Positions 38,474-46,840 of a stretch of DNA of 64,000 bases are shown here, one piece after another. A program made the position numbers and the translations under genes. This stretch comes from an uncultured Desulfobacterales bacterium (GTDB taxonomy: Bacteria; Desulfobacterota; Desulfobacteria; Desulfobacterales; C00003060), in the NCBI GenBank assembly GCA_964430705.1, contig CAYSGJ010000017.1:24007-88006 (forward strand). The letters run 5' to 3'. The notes beneath the pieces are model-generated. The model saw only the letters and a program-made list of their open reading frames with translations. It searched no databases and was not told where the DNA came from. Position 1 is the first letter of the stretch. Every line of letters begins with the position of its first letter.

Positions 38474-38890
38474 AGATGTCCCTCCTCAAAGACCAAGATT
38501 ATAGGCTTTGGTATTTTTCCTCCATCAGGCATCCTTTGGAGCGCTCCAAGAAAAAGGGGGAAAGGGTTTCCGGGATGCAGGTTTTCCTTTGCGCCACTGT
38601 CTCCCATGTCCGGGAACTGCGGGGTGATTCCGGAAACCTTTTTCCCCCGGTGTGGGTATGTTTGTTGCGACGTCTTTCCTTGTACTGTGCAGGGGGTTGG
38701 GGGAGCCGTGTCCATGCTGACGGAGGGTGTCTACTACCAGAAGGCAATTCTTGCAGTACTGCGCATTCTTTTTGACGGCCTGAGCCAAACGGACCTGTCG
38801 AAGCTGGAAAAGGCATTGGCAAAAAGTGTTGCGATTATCCATCTGCGTTACTCCACCCAACCCCTGCACCCGGGTGTGTATCCCATCGTT

Positions 38891-39035
38891 TTTCCGGTGG
38901 CCCTCAACGCGGCACCAACGCGGCAAGGGCGACCGGGGTTAAGGAGGTGATGGGGGTGAACAAACGACCCGGTCCGGGAAAAACCAAAAAAAAAGCCAGG
39001 GGTCTCAGGCATTCCGCCTGTCGGCCTTCCTGGCT
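38891..39035. repeat. Repeat A (paralogue of 42882..43031): hairpin + perfect SD + GTG small ORF + compound hairpin
   Basis: Shared string TTyCCGGTsGCCC..CGCGGCACCrACGCGGCA..GCGACC..AAGGAGGTGA..GTGAAC..CCsGG..GGGAAAA..AAAAAAAGCCAGGGGTCTCAGGC.TTC.GCCTGT..GCCTTCC.GGCT. Confidence 0.7.
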
Positions 39036-39041
39036 TTTTTT
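38986..39041. terminator. Bidirectional terminator-like compound hairpin, downstream of TonB-dependent receptor 3
   Basis: A9-AGCCAGG...inner CAGGC-ATTCC-GCCTG...CCTGGCT-T7. Confidence 0.6.
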
Positions 39042-39253
39042 ATTATTTAATACTGAGTCAATAACTACTGTGGATCACATCTTCATGATGTAAACACACT
39101 TTAATGTAAAATTGCGGCGATGTCAAGGATTAGTTTGTCGATGTTTACAAAAAACGCATACGACAATGATCAAAAGTTCGCACGTCCTACTCCTCGTCCA
39201 GAAAAAAACACCAACAGGTTGTCCCGGCCAGCAACACCAATTCGCTACCTTAA

Positions 39254-41302
39254 CTAGAAGTCGTACATGACGGTCACATAATATGATCGAGCATTGCTGC
39301 CGGCGTATTGATTTTCACCTGACCAATAACTGACAAACTCGGAATAGGTTTCGTCAGTCAGGTTCTTAACATCGAAAGAAACCGTCCACTTTTTCCCCAG
39401 GGACTGTATTACCTTTACGTCTAAAGTCTCGTAACCTTCGTAGGAGTTGTCGTTCGTGGCATTCGTGTACCATTCCCCCACATCGTTGTACCAGGCACGA
39501 ATCTGTGTTGACTCCCAAGGCAGTGTGTATTGAGCCCCCAGTTTCCAGATATACTCAGGAATATGGGCCAGTTCCTTTCCCTCATTGGGGCCTGTTTCAT
39601 ATTCTGCGTCATAGATTGTATAGGAGGTAAATAACTCAAGACTATGCCATGGAATGGCATTGACCTCGAATTCATGTCCCTTGCGCCTTGCATCGCCCTG
39701 GCTCACCCATTCGCCGTTCACCAAAGCCAACCCGTCCTCTTCCTGATCGAAATAAGCATAGCGAAACAGCAGCCAGTCCCAAGGCTCACCCTTAAGACCT
39801 ATTTCCCAGAAAAAGTAGTCTCTTTCATCGGGCGCATTTTCCGCGTATTTAGCCGTTCCAGACGGAAGCGCAAACGTGGTTGCTGCATTGGCATAGAAGC
39901 TGTATTTTTCGACGGGTGTGACGATAAGGCCGCCCTTGTAGGTTGTAACGTCGTAATCTTTCATATCGCGCTGAACGCCGGTCTCCCAATTTGTTGTCTC
40001 TCCGGTGAACCAGTCATGACGAATTCCAGCGAAAAGCCGAAGAACCTTGAACGGATCATAGTTGGCCTTCAAATACGTTCCGTAATTGATAAAATCAAAA
40101 TCCCCGTTGTTAGAACTTCCGGCGACCAAGCTGTCCCGACGGCGTGCCGTCGTGTTCCAATTTTCGCCGTGGCTCTCAAAAGATCGATAGTCAAACCCCA
40201 CGTCCAGCCGTAGCGCCTGTTCTGGCGCCGGCTCAAGATCCCAACCAAAATTCGACAAAAAACCGTAGGTCTCATTATCAAAATAGCTTTCCGTTTGTCC
40301 GCCTCCCCAATCCGCGTATCTCGCATAAGTATCGTGGATGCCCCAAGCTTTGGCGGTTAAAACCTTGTCTGATGCAATATTCCAATCAAGGTGAAGAGAA
40401 CCCTCTGTCAGATCCTTGTAGCCGCCGTCATCCTCGGACGTAGGAATGCTTTGCCTTGGATTCTGTTTCCAATAGCTCTCGGGTAGATAGCCGGCAGTCT
40501 CCCAATCCGCGTCGTAAACGTGGGTATGCAGACCGATTTGAAGTTCGTCGGAGGGACGATAGTACCATTTGGCATATGCGTTCTGCCGTTCTCGATCGGC
40601 ATCGTCTCTCCAGCCTTCTGCCGTGTAGTATTCCAGCGAATAGACTTGGTTGAACTTGCCGTCGAAGTGTTCTGTCCCTAAGGAAGCATAGGCCTTCTTG
40701 TGGTCCCAGCTTCCATAAGAAACCTTGGCCTTTTGGAAATCCCCGCGAGTGCGCGTGTGCAGATGCAGAACGCCGCCTCGGCTCCAGTTCCCGTAACGTG
40801 CATCAATTGGGCCTTTGATCAATTCCAGACGATCGACCTCCTCGGGAGTGAGTTGATTGAGATCGGGGGCCCCGTCTGCCGATCCCAAGTGTGAGTTAAT
40901 GGGAATACCATCTATGGTGACAACAGTATGGTTTCCATGGCTATTCGAATCGTATCCCCGAAGCGTGAATCCGTTGGGGACCCCGCCATTTCCGTAATCA
41001 CCGATAGTAATTCCGGGAATTTTGCGGAGCAATTCCAACGAATTATCAAGATTTTCATGTTTAACCTCATCCCATCCCAACACATCGACCGAACCGGGCA
41101 GGTCGACGTTTCTGATAGCATCTTTCCTATCTCGGATAACAACCTCTCCGATATTCATAAAGACTTCTCCTGAACCAGGGCGAAGCTCTTCCAATGCCTT
41201 CGTTTCCTGATCGCTTTTTACGGCTTCTTCAGACCGGACGTTTGAAACACTCAAAATGCAGACTATGGAAACGATAAGACTCATAAAAACGGTCTTGTTC
41301 AT
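39254..41302 (-). CDS. TonB-dependent receptor 3
   Basis: Signal peptide, plug (PGSVDVLGWDEVKHENLDNSLELLRKIPGITI), 22-strand-size barrel, C-terminal ...YVTVMYDF. Confidence 0.85.
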   Translation of the reverse strand: MNKTVFMSLIVSIVCILSVSNVRSEEAVKSDQETKALEELRPGSGEVFMNIGEVVIRDRKDAIRNVDLPGSVDVLGWDEVKHENLDNSLELLRKIPGITIGDYGNGGVPNGFTLRGYDSNSHGNHTVVTIDGIPINSHLGSADGAPDLNQLTPEEVDRLELIKGPIDARYGNWSRGGVLHLHTRTRGDFQKAKVSYGSWDHKKAYASLGTEHFDGKFNQVYSLEYYTAEGWRDDADRERQNAYAKWYYRPSDELQIGLHTHVYDADWETAGYLPESYWKQNPRQSIPTSEDDGGYKDLTEGSLHLDWNIASDKVLTAKAWGIHDTYARYADWGGGQTESYFDNETYGFLSNFGWDLEPAPEQALRLDVGFDYRSFESHGENWNTTARRRDSLVAGSSNNGDFDFINYGTYLKANYDPFKVLRLFAGIRHDWFTGETTNWETGVQRDMKDYDVTTYKGGLIVTPVEKYSFYANAATTFALPSGTAKYAENAPDERDYFFWEIGLKGEPWDWLLFRYAYFDQEEDGLALVNGEWVSQGDARRKGHEFEVNAIPWHSLELFTSYTIYDAEYETGPNEGKELAHIPEYIWKLGAQYTLPWESTQIRAWYNDVGEWYTNATNDNSYEGYETLDVKVIQSLGKKWTVSFDVKNLTDETYSEFVSYWSGENQYAGSNARSYYVTVMYDF

Positions 41303-41339
41303 TATTTGCTTTCCTCCTATTTAATCGCTTTCTGAAACG

Positions 41340-42122
41340 CTATTTCACCTCGATCATCATGTATGGCCGATAGTTCTCAAAGTCAGCATGCGGGCTGGCC
41401 GGGGTGTCAAACTCATACTTGGCATAAACCAACCATTTTCCGGCACGGCTCAACTTGACCTCTGCAATACCGTTTTCCTTTGTGGTTGTCTTCACGGGCT
41501 GATCAGAATGATCCTTCGGTTTGTACCCCTCGTAGATGCCGAATACCGGCACATCTGCAACAGGCCGGCCTTGGTACAGGACCAATATAGGGAGTATTTG
41601 TCCCACTTTGAGCTCTGTCGGGTTCTTTTGCGGGATTATTTCTATCGTGTGCCCCAACAGCATTTTGTAAGAATCCGTTGGGCGTTCTACGGTGACAAAG
41701 CTTTTAACCGATTTGACGTATTTGCCGGCCTTCAATACATTTTCATGTTCACTCTTGCGGCCTGTCTTCCAACCATCCGTGGTTTGGCAAAAATATCCAG
41801 GAGCTGTGGATGCTGCACTGATCACATAGGTTCCGGGTCCAGCCAAGGGGATTGATATCCATGCCGCTTTTGCTTCGACTCTAGAATAGGATAAGGGTAT
41901 TTCTCGATTTTGGGGGGTGACCATGCTGATACGATACTTGGAAATATCAGGCACTTCTTCCAGGTCAAAATAATGATGACCTTGTGTAAAGGCTGCTTCC
42001 GTGACATCGTTGCCTTTGTGCCGGAATGATTCCGGCATGATCCAATAGTCGTGTCCCCAAACTGACGGGACTGTCCACAGGACGACCAGCAAAACCAGAA
42101 CGCCCCATTGCGTGATTTTCAT
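41340..42122 (-). CDS. DUF4198-type periplasmic protein, paralogue c
   Basis: Signal, then GHDYWIMPESF. 260 aa. It is followed after 37 nt by receptor 3. Confidence 0.7.
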   Translation of the reverse strand: MKITQWGVLVLLVVLWTVPSVWGHDYWIMPESFRHKGNDVTEAAFTQGHHYFDLEEVPDISKYRISMVTPQNREIPLSYSRVEAKAAWISIPLAGPGTYVISAASTAPGYFCQTTDGWKTGRKSEHENVLKAGKYVKSVKSFVTVERPTDSYKMLLGHTIEIIPQKNPTELKVGQILPILVLYQGRPVADVPVFGIYEGYKPKDHSDQPVKTTTKENGIAEVKLSRAGKWLVYAKYEFDTPASPHADFENYRPYMMIEVK

Positions 42123-42414
42123 CTATTTTCTCCTTTCTGAAAAATGAAAGAGACCGGTCAGGTCGCTATGATGACCTGAACAAATTCAGCTTTAACGAAT
42201 TCGTTGCTCGCAGGCACTTGAAGAGAAAACGGCTTGAAGGCGGGATGCCAAGATGATATGAATAACTACGAAGCATCCCTCCATCCGAGGGGGCTTTACT
42301 GGGAGGGCAGCGTGCGACTTTCGCCGGTGGCAGCTGCCTTCCCGACCCTTTTTTCTATGCCTGGTTTTGACCTCGACGTGTGTTGATCACCCCCTTTCTT
42401 CATTTTATTGCCAC
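42123..42414 (-). promoter_or_regulatory. Structured 5' leader domain (type-2), homologous to 28143..28423
   Basis: AAAGGGGGUGAU; GGGAAGGCAGC/GCUGCCCUCCC helix; AAGCCCCCUCGGAUGGAGGGAUGCUUCG; GGGAUGC/GCAUCCC helix. Confidence 0.55.
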
Positions 42415-42572
42415 AAAAAAAGCCACGAAGACATCGTATCCGTTCTCGGATGACAGCCTTCGTGGCCTTGGATTGTGCGGCGAACTCTAAACGCTATAAA
42501 AAATCGACATTTTGCAGCTTCTGCTGCAACAATTCATATCAACTCAATAGTATTTATTTCGACTGTAGTCAA
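42415..42572 (-). promoter_or_regulatory. Leader module iii
   Basis: TTGACT (42572-42567)-17-TATTGA (42549-42544). Hairpin UUGCAGC-AGAA-GCUGCAA (42529-42512). AUCCAAGGCCACGAAGGCU..AUCCG-AGAA-CGGAU..CUUCGUGGCU plus U7 (42467-42415). Confidence 0.6.
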
Positions 42573-42881
42573 TAGAAAAATTTACACTCGTATTTTTAGG
42601 CCTCGGAATTTGTCAGGAAGAAGAACCCAACTGCAACAATTGCCGCAAGGCTTGTGACAGTGTCTTTTTGTCGTGGCTCGCCAATCGGCCTGTTTTGCTC
42701 AAAACCAACCGATGATCCAGCGTAAAAAGCTTCATCCGCACCTTGGAATCGGCTTTCAATCAAGCTTTCCGTTTGTCGGTGATTGCTGTGTCGAGAGGCT
42801 GGTCGGGATTCCTCTGACTGGTGATCATGGCAAGCACCACGTGACCGCTTGCTATGTTGAACATCTTTGGATCTGACCTTG

Positions 42882-43031
42882 TTTCCCGGTCGCCCCCACC
42901 GCGGCACCGACGCGGCAGGAGCGACCTGGAGTAGAAAGGAGGTGAGAAAGTGAACCAGAAAAAACCTGGCCCGGGAAAACCACAAAAAAAGCCAGGGGTC
43001 TCAGGCGTTCTGCCTGTAAGCCTTCCCGGCT
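42882..43031. repeat. Repeat B (paralogue of 38891..39035)
   Basis: See repeat A. SD AAGGAGGTGA at 42936-42945. GTG 42950 opens a 35-codon ORF, MNQKKPGPGKPQKKPGVSGVLPVSLPGFWLCSCVS. Confidence 0.7.
42984..43031 (-). terminator. Terminator-like compound hairpin downstream of the methyltransferase gene
   Basis: Minus strand: AGCCGGGAAGGCU..CAGGC-AGAAC-GCCUG..CCCCUGGCU plus U7. Confidence 0.55.
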
Positions 43032-43154
43032 TTTGGTTGTGCTCCTGTGTCAGCTAATGTTGCGTGCATCATACGAGGCATCTTCATGATGCCTACGCTC
43101 TATGAAATCAGCAATGTCATCAAATTCCGAACAAGTGTCTTGATCGTGACGTTA

Positions 43155-43859
43155 TCAGTGCATCGCGTTCCAGCAGAAAAGGCCAACCAGGGCGGTATCG
43201 TCCATCCAGAGGTGATCGCCTCGCTTCACCAGTTTTTGCGCGATGTCATCTTTTTCCCGGATGTCGGGCCGACGGCCGTTGTTGGCCGCCCAATGTTCAA
43301 ACGCCTCGTTCACGCTATGGTAGGCGAAACCATTTCCGATCTTTTCCACCCGGACATACTGCAAGGCATAGTTGCCGCGTCGCAAAGGGATCCGTATTTC
43401 CGGGGAGAAAAGTTCCGTCACGACCACGACCCGTTTTGCTTGTGTGGCAAAAACCTTGGAAAGGGCGGGCGTGAAACCAATCCGGGTGAGATGCAAGCTG
43501 TTGCAGGCCAATATCAGGTCATAGCCTCTGAAGGCCCTGCACGGCACTTGCTCCCATGGCCGCCCGTCGATTTTTACGCTATGGGAGGAATCTTTACGCG
43601 TCTGTTCTCTGAGAAGATGCCTCATAGCCGAAGACGGTTCCAGCGCGGTGACTTCGCATCCCATGTGCGCAAGGGGCCTGGAAAGAACCCCGTTTCCAGC
43701 TCCGATATCGAGCACCTGCCACGATGGCTTCGCTAAGGTTGTTAGGGTCCTGGCGATGCGTTCGTGATAACGGCTGTGGGCCATCCATTGCTGATACCAA
43801 CGAAAATACCCTTGCCAGAAGGCCGGTGTCGTTGCTCTCTTCCAGATTTGCTTTTCCAT
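43155..43859 (-). CDS. Class I SAM-dependent methyltransferase
   Basis: VLDIGAGNGVLSRPLAHMGCEVTALEPS (motif I). Start ATG 43859 lies 13 nt after the U-tract of leader module iv. Confidence 0.8.
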   Translation of the reverse strand: MEKQIWKRATTPAFWQGYFRWYQQWMAHSRYHERIARTLTTLAKPSWQVLDIGAGNGVLSRPLAHMGCEVTALEPSSAMRHLLREQTRKDSSHSVKIDGRPWEQVPCRAFRGYDLILACNSLHLTRIGFTPALSKVFATQAKRVVVVTELFSPEIRIPLRRGNYALQYVRVEKIGNGFAYHSVNEAFEHWAANNGRRPDIREKDDIAQKLVKRGDHLWMDDTALVGLFCWNAMH

Positions 43860-43871
43860 ATTTGCCCAAAT

Positions 43872-44005
43872 AAAAAAGGCCACGAACCCCACCTTCAGGT
43901 GGATAGCCTTCGTGGCCTGGATGTTATGTCTATGGATTTTGTGTTCAGGACCCTTCAGTGGTCCGTTTAATATTCAGATATACTGAGCAAAACCTATGCC
44001 ATCAA
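43872..44005 (-). promoter_or_regulatory. Leader module iv
   Basis: TTGATG (44005-44000)-17-TATATC (43982-43977). Hairpin GGACC(A)C-UGAA-GGGUCC (43964-43948). AUCCAGGCCACGAAGGCU..CCACC-UGAA-GGUGG..UUCGUGGCC plus U6 (43917-43872). Confidence 0.5.
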
Positions 44006-44360
44006 GGCGTGGTTCGGCATTTGCCGTATTTTTAGTAAGTTAATTTTTTTGAAGACGAATACATGACCAAACTTTTTCCAATAATGCAGTTGGTAATGAG
44101 AAAACAAATTCCTATTGTTGGCATTCTATTGGCCATCATGTCGGTTGGCCGGTCAACCGGTTAGGCCGGTTGCCCCTTTTGACCGTTAAGTGTGGTTGCC
44201 GGTTTGGGCGTTTGCTGATATCAAACGGTATCAATCCACCGCTTCATATCTCTGATGGTTGCTCCAAAACCTCAACAATACTTCTCGCAGGGCGCAGCCC
44301 TGCTGAAAAAACCCGTGCTGAACCAACCGGCCAACGGATTAACCGGCGTAACCATCTTGA

Positions 44361-45083
44361 CTACGTCAGCTCGAAGACGATGGTCAGCTCCAAGGGGATC
44401 TCCCCCTCAAAAAAGCGTCGCGGGGGCTTGGAAAAGGGCGCGGCGGCCTGCACGGCTCTTAAAGCGGCGGCATCGAGATCCTTGTTTCTCGAATGCCTTG
44501 TAATTTCCAACTGTCGAACAGCGCCGTCCGGCGTGATCACAAAGCGGATCGTCACCCGGCCTTCGATATTCCTCACCCTGGCCAGGTCGGGATATTTCTT
44601 GTGCCGTTCTATCTTGAGCCTCACCATCTCAAGATAGTTCTGGGCGGTTGCAAAATCGCCCCCCGCGTCGTCCACCAGTGCGCCGGGCGCCCAGTCCGCC
44701 ATCGCAAGGCCCGGGGTGTCCGGTATGTCCGGCATGGCAATGCCTTCCACCAGGCCGTCCGGAAGGTTTTTCTCAGGAGGTTCCATCTTGATCGGTCTTA
44801 GCCGGGGCACCTGCCGCTGGATGACATTGAGCTTTTTTACTTCCTGCACCTCAGGGGTCTTGGGCCTGAATCGGGGCCTGGGAATATCTCGTACGGACGG
44901 TTTGGACATATCGTGCATGGTCAGCTCTATGTAGGTCAAGACACTGGAGTTGTACAAGCCCGTAACATGCATGAAAATGAAGGCATGAATCACCAGAGAA
45001 ACGCCGATGAGGCCTCGAAAGAGCCAGTTAGGTCTATTAGACACAGATTTCGCAGATTCCACGGATTTAGGGTTACCTGACAT
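44361..45083 (-). CDS. tonB: Energy transducer TonB
   Basis: N-terminal TM (LFRGLIGVSLVIHAFIF), Pro-rich spacer (RPRFRPKTPE...PRLRPIKMEPPEKNLP), and a C-terminal TonB domain (GRVTIRFVITPDGAV...). Confidence 0.85.
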   Translation of the reverse strand: MSGNPKSVESAKSVSNRPNWLFRGLIGVSLVIHAFIFMHVTGLYNSSVLTYIELTMHDMSKPSVRDIPRPRFRPKTPEVQEVKKLNVIQRQVPRLRPIKMEPPEKNLPDGLVEGIAMPDIPDTPGLAMADWAPGALVDDAGGDFATAQNYLEMVRLKIERHKKYPDLARVRNIEGRVTIRFVITPDGAVRQLEITRHSRNKDLDAAALRAVQAAAPFSKPPRRFFEGEIPLELTIVFELT

Positions 45084-45387
45084 TGTCAAATATTTTTCGT
45101 TTGACCTGAACGGAAGGACCGAAGTTAATGAGCAAACCCACCTCTATTCCGGTTGCTTTGAGATAGTTCACCAATTGCACTTCGTGGATTTCAGCCAGAT
45201 CTTTGACCGCTTTCAATTCAAGAATCACCTTGCCTTCCACAATGGTGTCTGCTGAATAATCACCTACGATTTGACCCTCATAATACACCCTAATGGCCTT
45301 TTCGTTTTCGACTTGCAATCCGATTTTATTGAGTTCAAGGATGAGAGCATTCTGATAAACCTTCTCCAGAAATCCAAAACCCAGCAC
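45073..45387 (-). CDS. GxxExxY-family small protein without a canonical start codon
   Basis: GFGFLEKVYQNAL...KAV..L..IHEVQLVNYLKATG. The frame extends upstream (..IKHSHLTEKIIRAAFSVHNVLG) to a TAA with no ATG/GTG/TTG, next to a G8 run. Confidence 0.55.
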   Translation of the reverse strand: MLGFGFLEKVYQNALILELNKIGLQVENEKAIRVYYEGQIVGDYSADTIVEGKVILELKAVKDLAEIHEVQLVNYLKATGIEVGLLINFGPSVQVKRKIFDNVR

Positions 45388-45515
45388 GTTGTGAACTGAA
45401 AAGGCTGCCCTGATTATCTTTTCGGTAAGATGCGAATGTTTGATTGGCCCCCCCCGTTTTCTTTATGCGGATTGCATCGATTCTCAGAAATCCGCGTAAT
45501 CTGTGGAATCCGTGT

Positions 45516-45923
45516 CTAGAAGTCCTTTTCCGTGGCCAGGCACAGCCTTCCTGCGCCGGCAGCCTTGGCGATGTCCATGACCTTGACCGCCTTGTTCAAG
45601 ATGACGCTCCGGTCGGCGCGAACCACCACGAGCTCGTCCTGCCTGGATCCGATCCTTTCCTGAAGCCGGCTGAACAACCTGTCCAGCGGCACCTCGTCCG
45701 TTCCGAGAAAGGCCCGTCCATGCTCGTCCACATAGACGGTAATGACTTCTTCGGTCTGCGGGGCCGCGGCCTTGGCCTGGGGAAGCTTGACCTTGATCCC
45801 TTCGTCTACCATGAAGTTGGTGGTGAGCAAAAAATATATGAGCAGCATGAAGACAATATCGATGAGCGATGTCAGCGGCGTCTGGATTTGATATCGTTTC
45901 CTACGGTTTTTGTTTGAAAACAT
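45516..45923 (-). CDS. exbD: Biopolymer transport protein ExbD/TolR
   Basis: 135 aa. TPLIDIVFMLLIYFLLT TM segment. GAGGAGG lies before the ATG. Confidence 0.88.
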   Translation of the reverse strand: MFSNKNRRKRYQIQTPLTSLIDIVFMLLIYFLLTTNFMVDEGIKVKLPQAKAAAPQTEEVITVYVDEHGRAFLGTDEVPLDRLFSRLQERIGSRQDELVVVRADRSVILNKAVKVMDIAKAAGAGRLCLATEKDF

Positions 45924-45963
45924 CTACAACCTCCTCAAAAGAAATCTCCAGTAAGCTCGTGGC

Positions 45964-45981
45964 ACGAATATCAATATTCGT
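45964..45981. promoter_or_regulatory. 18-bp perfect palindrome in the exbB-exbD spacer
   Basis: ACGAATAT-CA-ATATTCGT, inside an unusually long (166 nt) exbB-exbD gap. Confidence 0.4.
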
Positions 45982-46089
45982 ATTTCGAATTTTTCAATGA
46001 GCATTTCAACACAACATAGCCTCAACTTTGCCCGCACTATCTCCTTCTGTTTTGCCCTTTGCCTTATGCTCTTTGCCCTAAGCTGTTTT

Positions 46090-46749
46090 CTAATGCGCAT
46101 GGCTGTGAGAGTGCTCATGGGTGTGAAGCCCGTTGTGTCCGTGGATCCGGTAGCCGATGGCCTTGACGAACACCACGGCGCCGTCTTGCAGCTGGGCTTC
46201 ATATGTGTCTACACGGGCAACCAGATAACTGTGAGCCACCATGACGGGAAGAGCCACCGCCAGCCCAAGGGCGGTCGTCAACATGGCTTCCCAGATTCCC
46301 CCTGCCAGCACGGCGGCATTGACTTTGCCGCCCATTTCCTGAATCACCATGAAGGCCTTGATCATACCCAGAACCGTACCGAGAAGGCCCAGCAGCGGGG
46401 CGATATTGCCGATGGTAGCCAAGGCCTGGAGATAGCGGGAAAGCTCCCGCGTTTCCTTTTCCGTGGCGTGCACAATGACGGTTTCCAGGGTTTCCCGGTC
46501 CTGGTCTTTTACCTCCATAGCGTGTGTCAAAACCCGTCCCATGGGTTTGTCGTCGGCGCTGGCCAGGTCATACGCCTTCTGGTCTTCGCCGTTTTTCAAG
46601 TATCGCCCCACCTTTTCCACCAATCCGTAGCCCCGTATCTTGACGCGGCTGAAACGGATAAGTCGCTCTAAAAAGATGGCCAGCGCCAACACCGAACACA
46701 ATAAAATGGGTCCCACAAGGACCCCGCCCTTTGCAAGAAAATCGAACAT
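46090..46749 (-). CDS. exbB: MotA/TolQ/ExbB proton channel with a His-rich C-terminal tail
   Basis: ATG 46749 after GGAGG. Three TM segments, with the GNIAPLLGLLGTVLGMI motif. Tail ...RIHGHNGLHTHEHSHSHAH. Confidence 0.88.
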   Translation of the reverse strand: MFDFLAKGGVLVGPILLCSVLALAIFLERLIRFSRVKIRGYGLVEKVGRYLKNGEDQKAYDLASADDKPMGRVLTHAMEVKDQDRETLETVIVHATEKETRELSRYLQALATIGNIAPLLGLLGTVLGMIKAFMVIQEMGGKVNAAVLAGGIWEAMLTTALGLAVALPVMVAHSYLVARVDTYEAQLQDGAVVFVKAIGYRIHGHNGLHTHEHSHSHAH

Positions 46750-46840
46750 GGTTAGCCTCCGGACTCTGAGAAAGTAAGCAGGTGCGAAAGTGAGAAAGCG
46801 TGAGATAAAAACAGCGTTTTCCAATTATCGCCCGCGGTGT

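Noticed and set aside
38210-38950. 246-aa plus-strand ORF
   Set aside because: It runs antisense through the well-supported TusA-fold gene and then through the hairpin-rich untranslated region. It has no SD and no recognisable domain, and its composition is typical of an antisense or structured-RNA read-through frame.
42596-42985. 129-aa minus-strand ORF between repeat B and leader module iii
   Set aside because: Its N-terminus is translated from the terminator hairpin and the anti-SD string of repeat B. It has no SD and no family resemblance. Only the last about 20 residues look hydrophobic. Left uncalled.
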